Shown here: positions 59,416 to 64,000 of the stretch, piece after piece
Numbering within the stretch: the first letter of the stretch is position 1
How the letters are laid out: every line of letters starts with the position of its first letter
Source of the DNA: Candidatus Poribacteria bacterium
Lineage (GTDB): Bacteria; Poribacteria; WGA-4E; WGA-3G
Reading direction: 5' to 3'
DNA length: 64,000 bases
NCBI GenBank assembly: GCA_965205015.1
Contig: OZ242029.1
Location: forward strand, 3,264,001 to 3,328,000
Made by a program: the position numbers and the translations under genes
The notes under the pieces: model-generated
What the model was told of the DNA's origin: nothing
What the model saw: only the letters and a program-made list of their open reading frames with translations
Databases searched by the model: none

Positions 59416-59748
59416 ATGCTGACCGAAGTTGAACTTTACGATGCCGCCCTGACTCATTTTGCTGAAAACGACCTCGAAGCGGCTGTTAAGGCTTTTAAAA
59501 AATTGATTGAAACTTACCCAGACTATATTGAAGGATTCCTTGGGCTTGGACACGCCTACGAACGGATGAGTCTATACGATGAAGCCATTGAGGCGATCCA
59601 GCGGGCGATAGAAATCAACCCCAAGGACCCGCTTGTCTATACCAGTCTATCTATGTGTTACCAACGAAAAGGGATGATCCAAGAAGCAGAAGACGCGATG
59701 GCAAAATCGCAGGCGTTGCAGATAGAAGCATCCCGTTCATCTACATGA
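59416..59748 (+). CDS. Small tetratricopeptide-repeat protein
   Basis: LGLGHAYERMSLYDEAIEAIQRAIEINPKDPLVYTSLSMCY. Confidence 0.85.
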   Translation: MLTEVELYDAALTHFAENDLEAAVKAFKKLIETYPDYIEGFLGLGHAYERMSLYDEAIEAIQRAIEINPKDPLVYTSLSMCYQRKGMIQEAEDAMAKSQALQIEASRSST

Positions 59749-59808
59749 TAGTTTAAAGGGTTGACGAGGTTAGAAACCTCGCCAGCGAAGGAATATTGAG
59801 GTTTTCCT

Positions 59809-60345
59809 ATGCCAAATACGACTTTACTCGATCCAACCTCTCAAGGCGATGCATCGGCGAAATTTCTCGCGCCGCGGCTTGAAAGCCTTGATGGAAAAGT
59901 GATGGGCTTATTGAACATCACCAAAAACGGCAGTGATATCTTCCTTGACCGCATTGCTGAATTAATGCAGGAGCGATATGAGCTTGCTGAAGTGATCCAC
60001 GTCAAAAAACCGACGTTCACGCGTCCCGCGCCGACAGAACTGCTCGTCGAGCTGGCGGAGCAAGTAGATTTCGTCATTGAAGGGCTTGCTGACTGAGGGT
60101 CTTGTATATCGTGCAGTATGCACGATGGAAGTGCCTTAGAGGAGCGCGGGGTCCCAAGCATCGCGGTTTGTACGGAGGTCTTCTTCGCCGCAGGCAAAGT
60201 GCAGGCGCGGGTTCTCGGTCATAGTGATTTAGAACCGCTCACCGTTTCCCATCCGATCCAGAGTCTGACACCGGATCAGATTCGGGAGCGGGCAGAGGGT
60301 GCCGTGGAAGAAATCGTTGCGCGGTTGACAAAGAACGGTGAATAA
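59809..60345 (+). CDS. UGSC-family selenoprotein (178 aa; Sec at TGA 60094-60096)
   Basis: ORFs 59809-60096 and 60118-60345 are in frame: GLAD-(TGA)-GSCISCSMHD...ERGVPS; stem-loop just downstream of the TGA. Confidence 0.85.
60108..60126 (+). promoter_or_regulatory. Putative bacterial SECIS element
   Basis: ATCGTGCA-GTA-TGCACGAT perfect stem with G-containing loop about 20 nt after the in-frame UGA. Confidence 0.7.
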
Positions 60346-60366
60346 GTCGTAATTTATCTGAAACTG

Positions 60367-60435
60367 AAAACGCTGTAAGGTATAGTGGTAGGCACACTCC
60401 GTTGTGCCGTGACAAGAAATACCCTACAGCGTTTT
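60367..60435. repeat. Nested inverted-repeat element (MITE/REP-like)
   Basis: AAAACGCTGTAAGGTAT ... ATACCCTACAGCGTTTT (16/17 IR) enclosing GGCACA-CTCCGT-TGTGCC. Confidence 0.6.
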
Positions 60436-60910
60436 ATATTTTAAACTGCAACGTCATCGACTCACCCGGTTTCAGATCGTGCCACTTCTGTAACAGGGCT
60501 TGCAGCTTTTGCTGCATAGTCTCAAGCTGCGCATCTGCGATCTTCACTGGCAGTAGTGCCCCGTAATCGCGAAGCAGTTCGCAACAGTCTGCATTCCCTC
60601 TTAAACTCTCCAACAAATCTGTCTGTAGGAGTCCGACGATTACCTCAGTATTTAGTGCTTCTTCGGGAATTTCAAAAGGACGTTCCGCTTTAGGTTGGTT
60701 GAAATCAGGGATGTCGTATCCTTTTGCTATGAGACCCAAAAAGGCGTTTTCAAGCCCGAGTGTCGTTTCGACAACGTAGTGTGCCAAATCCTGGAGCGCA
60801 AACTCGCGATGGAGGTATGTCCACGTAACACTACCGTCGTCCCGAATACAGGTAAGCGTGTCGGGTTTGTGTTTCGACCGGTTTTTCCCCTTTTTGAAAC
60901 GGATAACCAT
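60434..60910 (-). CDS. Hypothetical protein
   Basis: LTCIRDDGSVTW, DLAHYVVETTLGL..AFLGLIA.G, W..L.PGESMTLQF; RBS overlaps the upstream stop. Confidence 0.7.
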   Translation of the reverse strand: MVIRFKKGKNRSKHKPDTLTCIRDDGSVTWTYLHREFALQDLAHYVVETTLGLENAFLGLIAKGYDIPDFNQPKAERPFEIPEEALNTEVIVGLLQTDLLESLRGNADCCELLRDYGALLPVKIADAQLETMQQKLQALLQKWHDLKPGESMTLQFKI

Positions 60911-60916
60911 TTTTAA

Positions 60917-61705
60917 TTATTCCTTCTTCAACCGTCCCCACACCGTTGCGAGTTTACCACGCGCTTCAACATCGAGCGTGTTCTCAACCAAACTGTTAAT
61001 CTCTTTTTTGCTGAGCGCAGCGTTGTAGATTCTCGCATCTTCCACCCGCGCGACGACCCAACCGTAGGCAGTGCCACCGATGAGTGCCCGCGGACCGAAA
61101 AGTGCTTCTACATCACCGGCTTCCCAAGATACGATCGGTCCCATGGTATAACCGCCGATACGATCACCGTTCCTATATATCGTAATTTTGGCATTTCCAC
61201 CCTCGTCTTCATACGAAATCGCCAATTGGATTAACTTCCCTGTCTCTTTTTCCTCAAATCCAGGAATTGCATCCTGAGTGCGTCTAAAAAAGCTGCTGCC
61301 AGCCATCCAACGTTTCGGTTGACGTTCGGCATAGACGATGGCGTCAAAGGTATCCGCGCTGCTTTTATTGACCGCCAGCGTGGCACCTCTTGTGACGTTC
61401 AGATTGTCTAAGTAGAGCCACGTTACCAATGTTTTATCGGGACCAATGTCAGGTCCTTTATAGCCTGTCGTCATTGCCCACTCGTTGCTGCCGATATGCA
61501 ATTTTCCGTCCTTCACATCGGCCCCCAGGAGATCAATATCGCTAAAGTGTCCCGTCAGGTCCTCTAATTCGACACCTTTCTCGAAGCTCCAATGCCCAAT
61601 CAAATCTTCCTTTTTTTCTCCCTGCCCTAACGCTGGTGCCACTATATTTCCGAGCAGAAACAGTGCCAAAAAGCTCAACGCGAAATAACGCCCGAAATGT
61701 ATCAT
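60917..61705 (-). CDS. Secreted LamG/concanavalin A-like protein with KLATVWGRLK C-terminal motif
   Basis: Signal peptide; LIGHWSFE...D.TG, VEDARIYNAALS..EI; tail DVEARGKLATVWGRLK. Confidence 0.8.
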   Translation of the reverse strand: MIHFGRYFALSFLALFLLGNIVAPALGQGEKKEDLIGHWSFEKGVELEDLTGHFSDIDLLGADVKDGKLHIGSNEWAMTTGYKGPDIGPDKTLVTWLYLDNLNVTRGATLAVNKSSADTFDAIVYAERQPKRWMAGSSFFRRTQDAIPGFEEKETGKLIQLAISYEDEGGNAKITIYRNGDRIGGYTMGPIVSWEAGDVEALFGPRALIGGTAYGWVVARVEDARIYNAALSKKEINSLVENTLDVEARGKLATVWGRLKKE

Positions 61706-61879
61706 CGTTGTGTCCTCCGTTGTTGATGCTGGTTGAGAATTACACGATCACTGGATAAACAGAAATGTTCTTGATGCGGTGAGCGCCCATAAGAGATCCT
61801 CAACCCCTGAACGAGGTTTCGGACTCTCTACAATGTATGCCTCAGTCGTTTCGAAGCGCTGTCTTCTTCAATATGTGTC

Positions 61880-64000
61880 TCATGCGAATACCTCCGTGAA
61901 AACTTCGGTGACATGTTCTACAAATAGAAACTCAACACCAGATTGAATGTCTTCCGGAACTTCAATAAAGTGTTTTTTGTTGCCTTCTGGCATGATGACC
62001 TTCTTGATACCTGCCTGCTTCGCGGCAAGAATTTTTTCCTTCACGCCTCCGATAGGTAACACCCTTCCTCTAAGTGTAAGTTCACCTGTCATGGCGATTT
62101 GAGGGCTGATGCGTTGTTGTGTAGCAATTGAAGCAAGCGCCGTCGCAATTGTAATGCCAGCCGAGGGACCGTCCTTAGGAATTGCGCCTGCTGGCACATG
62201 GATATGAATGTCGTTTTCTAAGACGTTTGGGTCAAACTTAAGCGCATCGGACTGGGATTTGACATAGCTCAGAGCAGCCTGTGCGGATTCCTGCATGACC
62301 TCGCCGATCTGACCCGTGATACGCAGTTGCGTCTGAGCATTTACCTTTTTAGTAGCCGCTACCTCAATGAAGAGGATCTCGCCGCCGGCAGGTGTAACAG
62401 AAAGCCCTGTTGCGACACCAATATCGGATTTACGACTCGCAATTTCAGAATCGAACTTCGCTGGTCCCAAATACCCTTGTATGTCCTTCGTTGTGATGGT
62501 GGTCGGATCGGTGTTCCCTTCGGCAACACGACGTGCGACTTTTCGGCAAACGGTACCCAGTTCGCGCTCTAAATTTCGTACACCCGCCTCGCGCGTATAT
62601 TCACTGATGACTTTGTCAATCGCTTTATCCTTAATGTCAATCAACTCATCTTTCAAGCCGTTCTCTTTCAATTGACGCGGGATCAGATACTGCTTGGCGA
62701 TAATTTGCTTCTCGTTGGCAGTATAGCCGGGAAGTTCTATGGTTTCCATCCGATCGCGTAACGGGGGTGGAATGGTATGAAGTTGATTTGCTGTTGTGAC
62801 AAACATCACGTTTGAAAGGTCAAATGGGACATCAAGGTAGTTGTCCGTAAATGAATGATTCTGTTCCGGGTCAAGGACTTCCAAGAGTGCGGAAGCCGGG
62901 TCACCTCGAAAATCGGATCCAAGTTTGTCAATTTCATCAAGCATAAAGACCGGATTGTTCGACTCGGCTTGTCGAAGTCCTTTGACGATGCGCCCTGGCA
63001 TTGAGCCGATGTAAGTGCGGCGATGCCCGCGGATTTCGGCTTCGTCGTGCATACCTCCTAACGAGATACGCACAAATTTTCGGTTCATTGAGCGAGCGAT
63101 AGACCTGCCGAGAGAGGTTTTTCCGACCCCCGGTGGTCCAACGAAACAGAAGATAGGTCCCTTCATATCGGCTTTAAGCATACGAACAGCAAGGTATTCC
63201 AAAATCCGCTCTTTGACCTTTTCCAAATCGTAGTGATCCGCATCAAGAATTTCTTGTGCCGCGGTGAGATCTAAAGCGTCTTCCGTGCTGACACACCATG
63301 GCAGATTTAACAACCAGTCTAAATAGTTTCGAGAAACAGTTGATTCAGGCGAGAAAGACTGCATTTTAGAGAGTCGTTTCAGTTCTTTTTCCGCTGCGTG
63401 TTTCGCTTTCTCGGGCATTTCAGTTTCGCTCAACTGTTCCCGCATTTCATCAATTTCAAGTCCGAGGTCATCGGATTCACCAAGTTCAGTCTGAATAGCT
63501 TTGAGTTGTTCTCTGAGATAATATTCACGCTGTCCTTTGTTAATGACGGCTTGCGCGTTATTTTGGATTTTGCTTTCTAATTCGTGGAGGTCGAGTTCTT
63601 TAGCGAGTATAACAGCGAGTGTATTCAAACGTTCATGGATAGAGACCGCCTCCAAAACGCGCTGCTTATCGTGTGGCTTTAAATCCAGCATGGCAGCGAT
63701 ATAGTCAGCAAGCCGACCCGGTTCATCAATCATCGTTTTGGTGAGGCTGCCGTATTCCTCTTGGTAGCGCGATGACATCTGCACGATGCGCTGAAACATT
63801 TCATCGTTGCTGCGAACGAGTGCCTCTACCTCCAGATCCAGTTCTGGGTTCCCAAAAGGAACGCGATCATCATGACTCATCACATTCACCCGAACCTTGA
63901 CGAACGGTTCGGTGTGCAAAATCTCCTCGATTTGGACGCGTTCGCGTCCATGGGCGAGGAATAACACGTCTTCATCGTCAGTTTTGTATCGAAGGATGTG
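61880..64000 (-). CDS. lon: ATP-dependent Lon protease (5' end outside window)
   Basis: GPPGVGKTS, IRGHRRTYIG, LDEIDK, EAGVRNLER, PKDGPSAG, MTGELTLRG, IGGVKEK. Confidence 0.97.
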   Translation of the reverse strand, partial: HILRYKTDDEDVLFLAHGRERVQIEEILHTEPFVKVRVNVMSHDDRVPFGNPELDLEVEALVRSNDEMFQRIVQMSSRYQEEYGSLTKTMIDEPGRLADYIAAMLDLKPHDKQRVLEAVSIHERLNTLAVILAKELDLHELESKIQNNAQAVINKGQREYYLREQLKAIQTELGESDDLGLEIDEMREQLSETEMPEKAKHAAEKELKRLSKMQSFSPESTVSRNYLDWLLNLPWCVSTEDALDLTAAQEILDADHYDLEKVKERILEYLAVRMLKADMKGPIFCFVGPPGVGKTSLGRSIARSMNRKFVRISLGGMHDEAEIRGHRRTYIGSMPGRIVKGLRQAESNNPVFMLDEIDKLGSDFRGDPASALLEVLDPEQNHSFTDNYLDVPFDLSNVMFVTTANQLHTIPPPLRDRMETIELPGYTANEKQIIAKQYLIPRQLKENGLKDELIDIKDKAIDKVISEYTREAGVRNLERELGTVCRKVARRVAEGNTDPTTITTKDIQGYLGPAKFDSEIASRKSDIGVATGLSVTPAGGEILFIEVAATKKVNAQTQLRITGQIGEVMQESAQAALSYVKSQSDALKFDPNVLENDIHIHVPAGAIPKDGPSAGITIATALASIATQQRISPQIAMTGELTLRGRVLPIGGVKEKILAAKQAGIKKVIMPEGNKKHFIEVPEDIQSGVEFLFVEHVTEVFTEVFA

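Overview
Bacterial chromosomal DNA with about 50 CDS and no rRNA, tRNA or CRISPR array that I can support. The gene repertoire strongly suggests a Candidatus Poribacteria-like sponge symbiont (inference). It includes secreted WD40/LRR proteins with dockerin and YPNPFNPETWIPYQL-type C-termini, KLxTxWxxLK tails, PhyH, Gfo/Idh/MocA, sulfatase and DUF1501/DUF1553 genes. Most of the window is carbohydrate, redox and hydrolase metabolism, ending in a partial lon. The standout is a minus-strand cassette (13578-21732) encoding a GrpE-like factor, a short atypical Hsp70 and a 1.87-kaa protein. That protein has a degenerate J-like N-terminus, an Ig-like domain and nine separately capped, shuffled ankyrin blocks, and the cassette is bracketed by two near-identical glutaredoxin-like genes. 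It adjoins an AT-richer island carrying an 859-aa Zn-ribbon/PD-(D/E)XK protein and HicAB. Other points of interest: a UGA-recoded UGSC selenoprotein with a SECIS-like hairpin that the ORF track splits in two; a 14-repeat WD40-cohesin-dockerin gene broken by one in-frame TAA; an ABC-ATPase plus nuclease-like gene pair; a PIN-partner fusion; a murQ without a canonical start codon; and many REP-like palindromes. All calls come from motif reading only, with no database searches.
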